Shown piece by piece: positions 37,595 to 47,890 of a stretch of 64,000 bases of DNA (positions are counted from its first letter, which is position 1; the number at the start of each line of letters is the position of its first letter). The translations under genes were made by a program, and so were the position numbers. Location of the stretch: IMG/VR virus record IMGVR_UViG_3300032893_000009, positions 54,882 to 118,881 of that record; one strand, 5' to 3'. Source of the DNA: a virus. Below the pieces are notes generated by a model. The model did no database searches. It was given only the letters and a program-made list of their open reading frames with translations, and was not told the DNA's origin.

Positions 37595-39650
37595 ATGCTG
37601 ACACGCCAAAATTCCGTATGTTTTCTAGGAGCTTGGTTGGACGCATGCGCGTGACCATGCTCTTTGGCGCTTCTACTACCCGCACCAGAACATCCCCGGG
37701 TCGAGCTTCTACTGCTTCGCCAACGCCCCTAACTTCGACGTGATCGCGGGCTGCGACGTGGTGGTGGTGCAGCGCTGCTGTTCCCTGCCCCAGTTCAACT
37801 TCATCAACACCTGCCGGAGTCTGGGCGCGAAGATCATCTACGATCTGGACGACGATGTGTGGGACCTGCCGGAGTACAACCCCGCGCACCAGCCGCTCAA
37901 GCAGATGCGCGAGGGTTTCATCCAGTGCATCCGGGTGACCGATCTGGTGACCTGTTCCACCAAGACGCTGGCCAAGCGCATCAAGGCCAACGTGAAGCAC
38001 ATGATCAACCCGGCCACGCGCCGGGAGATTCCCATCGTGGTGTGCGAGAACTGGATGGAGGAGCGGTTGTACGCGACGCCGATGCCGCGCCCCGAGTTCA
38101 TTGTCGGCTGGAGTGGTTCGAGTTCCCACGTGGGCGATCTGGAGCTGGTCTACGATGCCCTTAAAGGGGCTGTAGAGGCCCGCCCTGATGCCGTGGTGGA
38201 GTTCCGGGGCTGCGAGCCCAGCGACCGCCTGCGCACCCTGCCTAACTTCCAGCACCGGCCATGGTGTCCGGTGGCCGAATTCTCCGCGCGCATGCCGGTG
38301 TGGGGCTGGAGCGTGGCTCTCGCGCCGCTGACCGACCACGCTTTCAACGAGGCCAAGTGTCTCGCGCCCAGCACATCTATTATCGGCAAGAAATGTGGCC
38401 GCTTAGTGCGCACCAATTTAGCCGACTTTCTCAGTGACGGTGATAATCACATGCTGCCCGGTCCTGATGGACGATGGAGGCGTGTTACGGCATGGGAAAA
38501 ACAGCCTTTTGGGGCAGCATTGTCTGTGCACATGAAGGGCGGTGACATGCTGCATGTGACCCCCAAGCACCGCTTTATTCTTGACGACGGAAAAGAGGTG
38601 TGCGCTAAGGATATTAAGCCCGGGATGATTTTGCGGGAGGCGGACCTGTCTCCGTTAATCGACGATTCTACGGGTCTGCTTGACTTCGAGGCAGGTTGGT
38701 TTGTCGGGCATTTTATCGGTGACGGCAATTGGGGTATGCAATGTGGATCAGGAAAGCGGGGAGGGAATAATCAAGTTGGCTTCGCATGCCATGCGGACCA
38801 GAATGTTTTGCATCACAAGATCAGGAAATTTGCTGAGAAGCATCATGCGGTGGTAACTGAGTCCGTGATCAGTGCGCGTGGTATCCGTCTGGAGGTGAGT
38901 GGAGCGTATGTACATGGTCTGTTGCGCCAGTGTGTGATTGGGTCCACTAGCCAAGACAAGAGGCTGTCTGTGGCTGCGTGGAATGCGGGCAGGCAGTTTT
39001 TACAGGGTGTCCTGATAGGTTGGCTGGAGGCCGGCGGAAGTTATGCCAAGCCAACTTCAGCTGAGAGGTCTGGACGACGCCCCGGTACATGGAACTTCAG
39101 TATAACTCGTAACTGGGGATGGCTACGTGACGTGCAGGCTATGTGCTCAGTTCTGGGCTACAGGATGCGCTATCGACGTGGTTTTGCTTCTTGTAAGGGA
39201 AAGCAGTTCAAAGTGGTGCGCGGGTCGATCAACCTTGCATACGTCCCTTATCAGTCGAACGTCTCTCCATTCGAGGTTGCAAGTGTAGAGCACATTCGCA
39301 CTTCTACTATTGCTGTGGAGGTTGAGGGTGACCATCTCTTCGTCTTGCCCAGCGGTCTCGTCACGCACAACAGTGCCATCAAAATGTTTGAAGCCGCATA
39401 TTGCCGCATTCCATGCCTTGCCAGCTGGTCGAAGCCTTATGACGACTTCACCAGCCACGACCCCGAGCTGCGCTGGTTACTATGCGCTGGTCAAAGCGCT
39501 TGGCAACCCAAACTGCGTGATCTGGTGTGTGATGAGGCGCGACGTATCGATCTGGGAAACCGGATGTACAACGTCCTGCACGAACACTATTCCTTCGACC
39601 GGCCCCACCCCGGGTGGGCCGAGGCGCTGAGGATGGTAAGGGGGCTGTGA
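37595..39650 (+). CDS. GT-B glycosyltransferase-like gene containing an intein; 5' end frameshifted by an apparent 10-nt insertion
   Basis: DVVVVQR, IIYDLDDDVW, VGWSGSSSHVGDL and LAPL...FNEAK|intein|SAIKMFE. ATG at 37595 has a GGAGGT RBS but its frame stops at 37654; the long frame continues (ORF track 37740-39650). Confidence 0.8.
38358..39371 (+). mobile_element. intein (338 aa) with LAGLIDADG-type endonuclease domain
   Basis: Starts CLAPST, block B VTPKHRF, WFVGHFIGDG, ends LVTHN followed by Ser; lower GC than flanks. Confidence 0.92.
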
Positions 39651-39800
39651 TGCGCTGGTTGATGAAGTTCTTCGTGCATCTGATCGATCTGCTGACCGGC
39701 TTGGCCATGCTCATGCTGATGTTCATCGGCGTGGTGGTTGCGTTGCCTTCTGCATTCGTTCACGGCCTGACCGACGAAATCCTCGGAGAGGAGGGGTCCG

Positions 39801-40076
39801 ATGGAGCTGCTAGTCATTAGCCTTGTCTTCTTGGGTCCGCTGGCCGTCTACGTGCTGGTGGTGGCTTTCCGGGCGTGGATCGAAGTGCGCTCGACGCCCA
39901 AGGTCGATTACTTCACCTGTGATAAGCACGGATCGTTCCCCCTGAAGTGGGCCATTGACATGCCCATGGACGACGGAGGTCCGCCGCACAAGGTGTGCTG
40001 CTTCTGCTTTCAGGACGCCTACAAGCGCGCCGATTCAATAGTGCGAGAGCAGGAGCAGAAGGCGACGATCCACTGA
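39801..40076 (+). CDS. membrane protein with Cys/His motif
   Basis: TM helix; CDKH...CCFC. Confidence 0.55.
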   Translation: MELLVISLVFLGPLAVYVLVVAFRAWIEVRSTPKVDYFTCDKHGSFPLKWAIDMPMDDGGPPHKVCCFCFQDAYKRADSIVREQEQKATIH

Positions 40077-40102
40077 TTCCCTATAGTGAAGTGAGGTGTT
40101 CC

Positions 40103-40345
40103 ATGGAGCATGACCTTACAACTTTCGAGTTCGAGGTGAACAGCGACACGGCCATGATTGCCATGGTCGTCGGTGACAATGCCACGGTGGAGCTTGTGAC
40201 CGGGGACGAGTCTGTGGAGCTTAGCGGCAGGAAGGATGCGCTGCTGCGCCTCCTTTGGAAGTGTGTCGAGGCCCTGAACGGTGAGCCGTTGCCTTGCGTT
40301 ACCACCTCGGTATTGGAGCAGCTGAATGAGCCCCCGCAACGATGA
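40103..40345 (+). CDS. hypothetical protein
   Basis: GAGGT RBS, downstream of TATAGT. Confidence 0.55.
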   Translation: MEHDLTTFEFEVNSDTAMIAMVVGDNATVELVTGDESVELSGRKDALLRLLWKCVEALNGEPLPCVTTSVLEQLNEPPQR

Positions 40346-40530
40346 TTACGAGGCCAGCCTTTCCAAACGGGCCGCAGACCGGGCAATCGATGCTTTGCAG
40401 GGTTGCACACTTACCAAAGAGGACGCACTGAGGATTGCTGAAGCAGTGCTGCAGTGTGTGCGGCCTGATCCTGTCGCAGAGCTGCCGGAATTCAGAGAAC
40501 CATGGGGATGGAATGTGGGGGAGCTTACTG

Positions 40531-41424
40531 ATGGTGGCCACTGAGGACATCCTGTTCATCATGCCCAAGGACCGCGAGCTGCAGTTCCCGGCCATGGCCG
40601 CGCTGCAGTCCTACGTGAACAACTACCAGATGAAGATGGAATCCAACTGCGTGACGACGGTCATGCCTGAGTACCGCTTCCGCTACCAGACCACCATGAG
40701 CCCGGAGGACTGGGAGCTGTTCGCCAAGCTGGGCATCGCTCTTGTCCAGCAGCCGGAGCAGATCAGCTTCCCCGACTCGGTGATCGAGATGAGCGACGCG
40801 AAGATTCTGAGCTTCTACAACTCCGAGAAGCATGCCGCGCAGGTGTGCGCCGCGCTCAGCGGGGTGGAGGCTCCGCCCTATCCCAAGGTGAAGCAGCCAA
40901 CGCCGGGGCTGGCGAGCGGGGTGCTGTGCATCACCGACTACCCGGTGCCCCACACCCTGTTGGAGAAGGTTTTGCAGTGGAGAGGCGAATATAGTGTGCA
41001 GCTGATGATCTCTGAAGATTGGACGCGCCTGCTGGACACGACCACGGATGCTGCGCCCACTCCGGTTTACGTGGGCACGCAGAGCTGGCAGACCTATGCT
41101 CTGTCGGCCATGAATCTGCCGGTGATCGAAATCCTGCCCAAGGGGCGCGGCCTGAACTGGCTATCGAAGTGGAAGAATTCGTTGTATCGTTTAGTTGAGG
41201 AAGATCAGCTGGCGCGCGTGCCCGACGCGCTGCGCAACATCGAAGCCACGCTAAAGTTTCTGGAGGAGAAGCGATGCCGTTCTGGTCAGGATCAAGCCGC
41301 CAAGGAGGCTATCGCAACCCCGACGGAAGCTACCGCATCATCTGCGAGAGCTGCCGCCAGTATATCTGCGACTCCCAGATTCGGATTGGAAAGGTCACAT
41401 GCGCCCTCTGTCAGGCAACCCTGA
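40531..41424 (+). CDS. hypothetical protein (possibly divergent GT9-like)
   Basis: Long ORF; VYVGTQSWQTYALSAMNLPVIEI resembles the GT9 C-terminal motif. Confidence 0.55.
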   Translation: MVATEDILFIMPKDRELQFPAMAALQSYVNNYQMKMESNCVTTVMPEYRFRYQTTMSPEDWELFAKLGIALVQQPEQISFPDSVIEMSDAKILSFYNSEKHAAQVCAALSGVEAPPYPKVKQPTPGLASGVLCITDYPVPHTLLEKVLQWRGEYSVQLMISEDWTRLLDTTTDAAPTPVYVGTQSWQTYALSAMNLPVIEILPKGRGLNWLSKWKNSLYRLVEEDQLARVPDALRNIEATLKFLEEKRCRSGQDQAAKEAIATPTEATASSARAAASISATPRFGLERSHAPSVRQP

Positions 41425-41750
41425 ACGGACAGATCATGCCTGCCGACGCCATCGAGGCCTACAAGCTGGGCACCTTGGGCCACCGGGACAGGCAGGTGAC
41501 CGGCGTCAATGTGAGCGACGAGGTGACAGCCGGTGGCGAGAAGTTCACCCTGCGCTCACTGGGCGGTTTCGTGGCCCATGCGCTGGGCTTTGCGAAGACC
41601 GAGGAGAAGCCGCTGGAGAGCGTGCGGGTGGCCAAGATCAAGAAGCGCGGACGGCTGCTTGAGTCCGTGGACTTGGAGAAGATGGAAGGCGGTCTGGGCA
41701 GTATGCAGGAACTGGACGCAGCCTTGAACAAGGCAAAGGAAACCAGATGA
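41274..41750 (+). CDS. zinc-finger hypothetical protein
   Basis: CESC...CALC; GGAGGAG RBS. Confidence 0.6.
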   Translation: MPFWSGSSRQGGYRNPDGSYRIICESCRQYICDSQIRIGKVTCALCQATLNGQIMPADAIEAYKLGTLGHRDRQVTGVNVSDEVTAGGEKFTLRSLGGFVAHALGFAKTEEKPLESVRVAKIKKRGRLLESVDLEKMEGGLGSMQELDAALNKAKETR

Positions 41751-42540
41751 TTGAATTGTATGTGCATCAGTACACGCTGCCGGATGGAAGGGCGCTTACC
41801 GAGCTTCGCGGCGACGACCTTAGTCCCGATATTTTTGGTCTCATGTGGGTAGACGCACTGCGCCACGCTGCTGTCATGTTCAAGGTGCCCGAAGAGAGAA
41901 TTTGGGAGATGGTGGACAAGGAGCGCGCATGCCCCACCACGACGCTTTCTGAAGTCAAGCCGAATTGAGGTCTTTGATGCTTGTCAAATGCTTGGGTTGT
42001 GGCGGCACCTTCGACATCCCTGATCTGGCTCCGGCGCAGATCATCAACATGCCCGAGGTCACTCTGATTGTGGCCATTCACACCCAGCGGACACAGTGCC
42101 CGCAGTGCAACACGGACACGCTGCCGGTGGTGATGGAGGTGAGCATGGCGGTGGCTGCGGCTCAGGCTCCGCCGCCGACGAAAGAGCAATCCCGTATCAT
42201 TGCACCGGGTGGTTTTCACATTCAGTGAGGTGGGTATGGAAATGTTTCTGTTGTTCTTAATCGCCGCATTTCTGCTCGTGCTGGTGTGGCGGAGTCTGGG
42301 GCCAGAGGAGAAGCAGGTGGTGGAATCTAGGAGTCCTGAAGTGCTCAGGATGTGTGTGGACGACACGTTGATCCTGTGGTGGGAGAAGCCGCAGGCACCA
42401 AGCACCATCGCAGTGGTCAAGAGCACCTTGGAGAAGCACTGTTCGGTGGTGATACTGAACGGCGTCGCCGCCCCCGAAAATGTACTCGTGGTCGGGGACG
42501 GGACCGATTACGAGCCTGATAAGAAGGCAGGGAGCTAGGC

Positions 42541-43149
42541 ATGGCGGACATGGATATTCGCGTAGTCAGTGTGGAAGAGAAGCTGGAAGAGATCGACCGC
42601 CTGAGTCAGGAGCTGTTTCAGGAGAACCGGGTGTTCACCCCGCTCTACCCTTGGGTCTTCGTGCTGGTATGCACCAAGGCGCAGCAGGTGGGTCATATCA
42701 TTCTGCCCGACAAGCAGAACAAGACGGTGTGGGAGGGCATCGTGCTCACTACTTGGAACAGCAGACTGGTGGAGCGCGGCTACACCACCAAGGACGGAGT
42801 ACGCATGATGCGTACCGTTAGGGAGTGCAGTGAGCTGGCTCCCGGCCACCGGGTAGTGTTCCCGCACTGGGCGGGCGCGCCGGTACCGGGCTACGATCCC
42901 GAGCGCTTCCGGGTGGTCAAGGAGATTGGGCGCGACAAGGACGACGGAATCATCTATGGGCGGATTGACACCTATGAGCGGAGTACCAAGGCGGTGACCG
43001 ATCTGCTGGAGCTGGTGAAGCAGGTGCATACCGGGGAACCGTGGCCTGCGCTGACCCCGGAAGAGGCAAGGCTGCTGGTAGAGAAAATCGAGGACCAATA
43101 CGTTGTCGTGGACCGCGAGACCAACTCGGTCACCCTGTCAGGCCGATGA
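42541..43149 (+). CDS. GroES-like co-chaperonin with extensions
   Basis: FTPLYPWVFV, GHIILPD, EGIVL, PGHRVVFPHWAG, FRVVKE..DGIIYG follow the GroES pattern. Confidence 0.65.
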   Translation: MADMDIRVVSVEEKLEEIDRLSQELFQENRVFTPLYPWVFVLVCTKAQQVGHIILPDKQNKTVWEGIVLTTWNSRLVERGYTTKDGVRMMRTVRECSELAPGHRVVFPHWAGAPVPGYDPERFRVVKEIGRDKDDGIIYGRIDTYERSTKAVTDLLELVKQVHTGEPWPALTPEEARLLVEKIEDQYVVVDRETNSVTLSGR

Positions 43150-43209
43150 AAGCTCACCGAACGCGCCTTGGGGCCTTTACGTGCGATCCCGGGGCATTCT
43201 GGAGCCGAC

Positions 43210-43647
43210 ATGGAGCAGCGATTTGGCACACACGCCCCTGTAACGATCTGTCAGGCCCACGATGACCTGCTGAAGGCCAAACTGGGCGAGGCCGGGCTGC
43301 TGTCCTACACATCCGCCAGCGGGGAAGAAGCGGTGGACCGGATGTGGCTGTGGAGCGCAGGAGACCGGTGCATTGCCAACTACGACCCATTCCTGCTGGC
43401 CTATACCGACATCGTGGACAGCATGATCCGGGTATTCGGTCCACGTGCATACGAGCCCGGCGCGCCGGAGTGCATGCTGTGCTACATGAACGAGGCAGCC
43501 CGCAACGGATGCGGCGATCCGCTTTGCGAGAAGAAGCATGATTCCGGCGACGACTGGGTGCAGTACGCCGTGGACGACCAGCTCCGGCTGGCCGAGCAGC
43601 TGGGACTGATGGGCGTCCCCGAGGCTGTTCTGGAGGAAGACCGATGA
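43210..43647 (+). CDS. hypothetical protein
   Basis: GGAG RBS; several Cys/His pairs. Confidence 0.55.
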   Translation: MEQRFGTHAPVTICQAHDDLLKAKLGEAGLLSYTSASGEEAVDRMWLWSAGDRCIANYDPFLLAYTDIVDSMIRVFGPRAYEPGAPECMLCYMNEAARNGCGDPLCEKKHDSGDDWVQYAVDDQLRLAEQLGLMGVPEAVLEEDR

Positions 43648-43840
43648 CCCAGTACAAGGTTGAATACCTGACGCTGAGCGGCGGCAAGGTTATCGCCGCG
43701 TACAAGCTGGTTTGCCCCGATTGCCACAAGCTCGATCTGGAGAGCGAGATCGACACAGAGACTACGCCTTGGACGGCGTGGTGCAGGCAGGGCCACGAAT
43801 TTCGCGTTGACCCGACGCCTGATGCATAGCGGAGGTTCCG

Positions 43841-44155
43841 ATGTTCGGCAACCGTCAAGTTGTGAAACTTCTAACCAACATCCTTGAGGAGATGAAACAA
43901 ATGAGCACCCAACCCGGATTGACTGCACTGACCCAAGCCGTGACCGATCTGACTACGGCGGTAACCAACATGAGCACGCAGGTGACTGCTGCCACCACCG
44001 AGATCGCGGCGCTGACCGCCCAGCTGGCACAGAGCGAAGACCCCGCAGTACAGGCTGCAGCGGCCTCTATCGAGACGCAGGTGGGCAACATCAACACCGC
44101 TGCTTCGGCGCTGCAGGCGGCTGTCGCTCCGCCCGCTCCAGCCCCGGCACCGTAA
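43841..44155 (+). CDS. Ala/Thr-rich coiled-coil protein
   Basis: GGAGGT RBS; heptad pattern. Confidence 0.6.
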   Translation: MFGNRQVVKLLTNILEEMKQMSTQPGLTALTQAVTDLTTAVTNMSTQVTAATTEIAALTAQLAQSEDPAVQAAAASIETQVGNINTAASALQAAVAPPAPAPAP

Positions 44156-44225
44156 GTTCGCTCTTGTACGACGTCGTTCCGGTAAGACGCTAAACAACCG
44201 GAAAATCCCAACTGAGAGGTGTTCC

Positions 44226-44579
44226 ATGGAAATCGAGAATGTAAATCAGGTGCAGGTCCAGTCCACCGCTACCGAGGCCACCGACGATCTGCCTGATGAG
44301 GTCCATGCTGTCCTCAAGGACGAGCCTGAGTACAGGATGTGCTTCAACTACAGCATGCTGCGCTACGATGCCGAGCGCCTGCTGGGTGACATCTTCGTCA
44401 TCCTCGACGCATCCATTGTCAACAAGGACCAGAATCGATCTGTGAAGCGATTGATTCAGGAGAAGGTGAGCGATGTGGTCGATGTGTGGCAGAAGAACGC
44501 TTACTGCTACAACGGGGACGTAGCACAGTCGGCTCCTTCGCTGGTCGTTCCGGTGCCCCCGCATCCCATTTACCGGTAG
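44226..44579 (+). CDS. hypothetical protein
   Basis: GAGGT RBS. Confidence 0.6.
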   Translation: MEIENVNQVQVQSTATEATDDLPDEVHAVLKDEPEYRMCFNYSMLRYDAERLLGDIFVILDASIVNKDQNRSVKRLIQEKVSDVVDVWQKNAYCYNGDVAQSAPSLVVPVPPHPIYR

Positions 44580-44597
44580 TTTGCTGTTCATCGGGCC

Positions 44598-45539
44598 ATG
44601 CTTTGGATGTATTGTCCGGGCATGGCCAACCAGCCCGACAAGTCCCTCTGCCACGATCAACTGGAAGCATTGCAGGCCATGCGCAAGGCTTGGGGCTCCT
44701 ACCTGTTTCTGGCCGCCATGTTCTGGATTCTCCAGAAGGTGGACGACATCAAGACAGCGGTCGAGCGCCCCACCCGGCTGGTGCCCTTCATTCTCAATCC
44801 CATTCAATTGCACATGCTGAGCAATCTGGAGCGCCACAACCTGCTGCTCAAGGCGCGCCAGATCGGCGGCACGACGTTCTTCCTGCTGGTGCGTGGATTG
44901 CTGGAGGTCATCACCAACGAGGGCACCAACGCGCTGCTCATCTCGCAGAGCCGGGAGTATGCCGAGCTGCACTTTATGATCGCGGCCAGGGCCTACCGCT
45001 ACTTTGGAATGAGGAACCCGCATGACGACCGGGAGAACCAGATCAACATCTCCTACCGCCAGAATCTGCTGCACACCAAGTACACCAATCGCCGTGAGCT
45101 GTATTTTGATCAGATTGAATCGCGGCTGGCTGTGGCTACGGCGGAGGTCGAGGAGTCTGGTCAGGGCGCGACGTTACACCACCTGATCTGCAGCGAGTAC
45201 GCACGCTGGCCCAAGAATCCGGCGGCGACGCTGGCCAACGTGCGCGGCGCTCTGGCACCCCGGGGAACGGTGGACATCGAGTGTACCGCCAACGGCGCGG
45301 CGGGCAGCTTCTTCGAGAAGTTCCAACTGGCCCAGCTCAATCCTCTTGCATCCGACGCCAAGAGCCACTACTACAGCTGGTACTTCGCTGAGGACTTGGA
45401 CATGCAGATCGATGACAAGCAGAAGGAGGAGATGGAGAAGGACATCTCCGAGGACGAGCTTAGGCTGATCGCCCAGATGCACCGCGAGCTGACCGACGTG
45501 GCGTGGACTGGGGTGCAGGCCAACAGGGTCTTTGTATGA
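44598..45539 (+). CDS. terL: terminase large subunit, N-terminal ATPase part
   Basis: PFILNPIQ, LLLKARQIGGTT (Walker A), LICSEYARW (Walker B) and IECTANG (coupling motif). Confidence 0.88.
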   Translation: MLWMYCPGMANQPDKSLCHDQLEALQAMRKAWGSYLFLAAMFWILQKVDDIKTAVERPTRLVPFILNPIQLHMLSNLERHNLLLKARQIGGTTFFLLVRGLLEVITNEGTNALLISQSREYAELHFMIAARAYRYFGMRNPHDDRENQINISYRQNLLHTKYTNRRELYFDQIESRLAVATAEVEESGQGATLHHLICSEYARWPKNPAATLANVRGALAPRGTVDIECTANGAAGSFFEKFQLAQLNPLASDAKSHYYSWYFAEDLDMQIDDKQKEEMEKDISEDELRLIAQMHRELTDVAWTGVQANRVFV

Positions 45540-45724
45540 GATACGGATGCGCCAAGGCGGATGCGACGTGCATGTTCTGCTCCCGGCGTGCATGGATCAA
45601 TTTCTGCGACAGCACCGGCACTCGGTATCGCTCCTGTGCTGTCTGCTACCATCTGTTGACAGACCCGAGGTGGAGCAACCGTAATCCGTGGCCCCGCGAC
45701 GGGCAGAGAGCTTGCAGGGGATGA
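45536..45724 (+). CDS. small Cys-rich protein between the two terminase halves
   Basis: CMFC and CAVC; ATGA overlaps at both ends. Confidence 0.55.
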   Translation: MRYGCAKADATCMFCSRRAWINFCDSTGTRYRSCAVCYHLLTDPRWSNRNPWPRDGQRACRG

Positions 45725-46608
45725 ACCTGAACGAACCCACTGCCGAAGAACAGAAGCTGATCGACGAGCTGGGCATCACTCCGGAGATCGTGCGGCTGTA
45801 CTTGGGGCGGATCGCGTGGCGCAGGCAGGCCAAGCTGGACTTCCCCGGCGTGGAGTTCGACGAGAAGTTTCCCGAGAGCTGGATTACTGCCTTCGTGGTG
45901 TCCGGCAAGAGCTACTTCGACCGCGACATCCTGACCGCGCGACGCCGCGAGCTGATGGGCTTCCAGCCCTACAAGACCTTTCAGGGCGGGCAGGCCAAGT
46001 TCCTCAAGAAGCGGCTGCCCGGACGGCGCTATGTCATCGGGGCCGATACCGCGCAGGGCGAGTCCATCTCCGAGCAGGAAACCGACAACTGCGCGGCGCA
46101 GGTGCTTGATCTCGAAACCGGTGAGCAGGTGGGCAGCTACTGCGCCTGCGTGCGCCCCGAGGACTTCGCGTGGGATTTGTCCGACATCGGCAAATACTAT
46201 AACGACGCACCCATCATGGTGGAGCGCAACGGGCAGGGCGGCACCACCATTCTGACGCTGGCGGGAGAATGCCGCTACGCGGGTGTGATGAAGTCCAAGG
46301 AATGGCTGAAGCGCGAGCGCAAGCTGGTAGAGTTTGACGGATTCCAGACCAATGTGCGCACCCGGCCTGTGGCTCTGAACTTCGTCAACCGCTGGGTGAA
46401 GGACAGTCCCGAGCTGATCAACGACCTGAGCTTCATCGACGAGGCTCTGGTCTTCGTGCGCAATGAAAAAGGCATCCCCAAGGCCACCCCGGGCGCACAC
46501 GACGACCGGGTGATGGCCATGGCCATGGCACAGGCCGCCCGGGCCATGCTGATGGCCTACTGGCCCTCGCAGGGCCGTGAAGGCTACATCGACGCAACCC
46601 GCCTCTAA
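45721..46608 (+). CDS. terL: terminase large subunit, C-terminal RNase H-like nuclease part
   Basis: WRR...FDEKFPE...AF..SG, YVIGADTAQG, VERNGQG and GAHDDRVMA. Confidence 0.88.
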   Translation: MNLNEPTAEEQKLIDELGITPEIVRLYLGRIAWRRQAKLDFPGVEFDEKFPESWITAFVVSGKSYFDRDILTARRRELMGFQPYKTFQGGQAKFLKKRLPGRRYVIGADTAQGESISEQETDNCAAQVLDLETGEQVGSYCACVRPEDFAWDLSDIGKYYNDAPIMVERNGQGGTTILTLAGECRYAGVMKSKEWLKRERKLVEFDGFQTNVRTRPVALNFVNRWVKDSPELINDLSFIDEALVFVRNEKGIPKATPGAHDDRVMAMAMAQAARAMLMAYWPSQGREGYIDATRL

Positions 46609-46632
46609 GACGCAACACGTTTTCACTATAGT
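46609..46632 (+). promoter_or_regulatory. GACGCA-N12-TATAGT promoter-like motif
   Basis: Intergenic; exact 12-nt spacing; followed by a GAGGT RBS. Confidence 0.6.
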
Positions 46633-46648
46633 GGGGTAGAGGTGTGCG

Positions 46649-46837
46649 ATGGCGGAAGCGAGAAAAATAAACGTACCTGCTGGTGCTGTGGTGACGCTGA
46701 AATCAGGCGGTCCCAGAATGACCGTGCGGGAGCGTGTAGCATGTGCCGCTGGTGAGGTGTACCGGTGCGTGTGGTTCGATCAAAATGAGATGGTTCACGA
46801 GGCGGTATTCGACATCAACATGCTCTTCTGCGTTTGA
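46649..46837 (+). CDS. YodC/DUF2158-family protein
   Basis: VVTLKSGGPRMTV...CVWFD. Confidence 0.85.
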   Translation: MAEARKINVPAGAVVTLKSGGPRMTVRERVACAAGEVYRCVWFDQNEMVHEAVFDINMLFCV

Positions 46838-46862
46838 CACGTTTATTGAAACGTGCTACACT
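46834..46862 (+). promoter_or_regulatory. sigma70-type promoter with palindromic operator
   Basis: TTGACA-17 nt-TACACT with CACGTTT-ATTG-AAACGTG overlapping the spacer. Confidence 0.75.
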
Positions 46863-46889
46863 GGTGCTGTTTGGAGACGGAGAAGGAAC

Positions 46890-47294
46890 ATGATCAACTT
46901 GGATGAAAACATCGTAGGTATCTGGTATGTGCAGCTGAGCGCGACGTCGGACTGGATGTGCGGAGTCAGCAAACTGCCCGATGGCAAATGCGCCGTCACC
47001 TACCGGTTCCGTTACTACGACGGTGACCAGAGCAAGGACACCTTTGAGGACGGCGATACCGAGCACTGGTATGCTGGCACAGCCACCAGCCGGGAGGTGG
47101 GCATCGAGATCGCCCGGGCTGCAAGTGCCTATCTCAAGGGCAAGGGGGCCGTGGGCGACGTCTATGAGTGCCTGAACGATAAGGGCATCAAGGACTTCAC
47201 GGAGCGCTTCACTAAGATGCCGTTTGTGCATATCAAGACAGTCACCGCCGAAGAGGCTGCGAAGTACGCGCCCGATCAGGTGAGCACGAACTAG
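46890..47294 (+). CDS. hypothetical protein
   Basis: AAGGA RBS downstream of the promoter. Confidence 0.65.
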   Translation: MINLDENIVGIWYVQLSATSDWMCGVSKLPDGKCAVTYRFRYYDGDQSKDTFEDGDTEHWYAGTATSREVGIEIARAASAYLKGKGAVGDVYECLNDKGIKDFTERFTKMPFVHIKTVTAEEAAKYAPDQVSTN

Positions 47295-47521
47295 GACACA
47301 GCACATTTTCACTAAGGTGGATGTATGAAGACTGGCGAGGAGTTGATCGGATTGCTGCCTGAGTGGATCGTGCGCCGGGTTGCCGGACGGCGCAGCCGTT
47401 CGATGCTGGGACAGGCGCTGATGATCGCCTACCTTCAGGGCATGCGCGACGTGATGCAGGAAGATCGCGCAGCCCTCAGCCGGGAGCTTGGCGCGGATGG
47501 AAAACCGAAGGGGTGAATTGT

Positions 47522-47890
47522 ATGGCAACCAAGGAAATCAAGCTGGAGCCGCTGAAAGAGGGTGCGCTGAAGAAGGCCATTCTCGATCTGCAGGACCTGA
47601 GCGAGCAGTACGAGGAGCTGGACAAGAAGTGGGACGCGCTGGCAGAGAAGATTCTGGCCACCATGCCACCCCGCGACGTGCGCCAGTATGGCGAGCTGCG
47701 CTGCACCATCGTGCAGGCTTGGCAGCGCCGCGTGGACTGGAAGCGGGAATGCCTCAAGCTGGCCCGCGAGCTGTTTCCCACGGCCTCGGCTTTCAAGGCC
47801 TTCCTGTACAGGCTGGTAAAGGCCTACAGGAAGAAAGCCAACAAGCCCAGCATCAAGCTGTCGATCATCAAGGGTGGGGGTGAGCAATGA
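47522..47890 (+). CDS. hypothetical protein
   Basis: Strong codon bias; coiled coil plus basic C-terminus. Confidence 0.6.
   Translation: MATKEIKLEPLKEGALKKAILDLQDLSEQYEELDKKWDALAEKILATMPPRDVRQYGELRCTIVQAWQRRVDWKRECLKLARELFPTASAFKAFLYRLVKAYRKKANKPSIKLSIIKGGGEQ

Noticed and set aside
45540-45720. Group I intron or intein splitting the terminase
   Set aside because: Short, no recognisable intron core or intein motifs, and filled by an ORF with ATGA overlaps at both ends.
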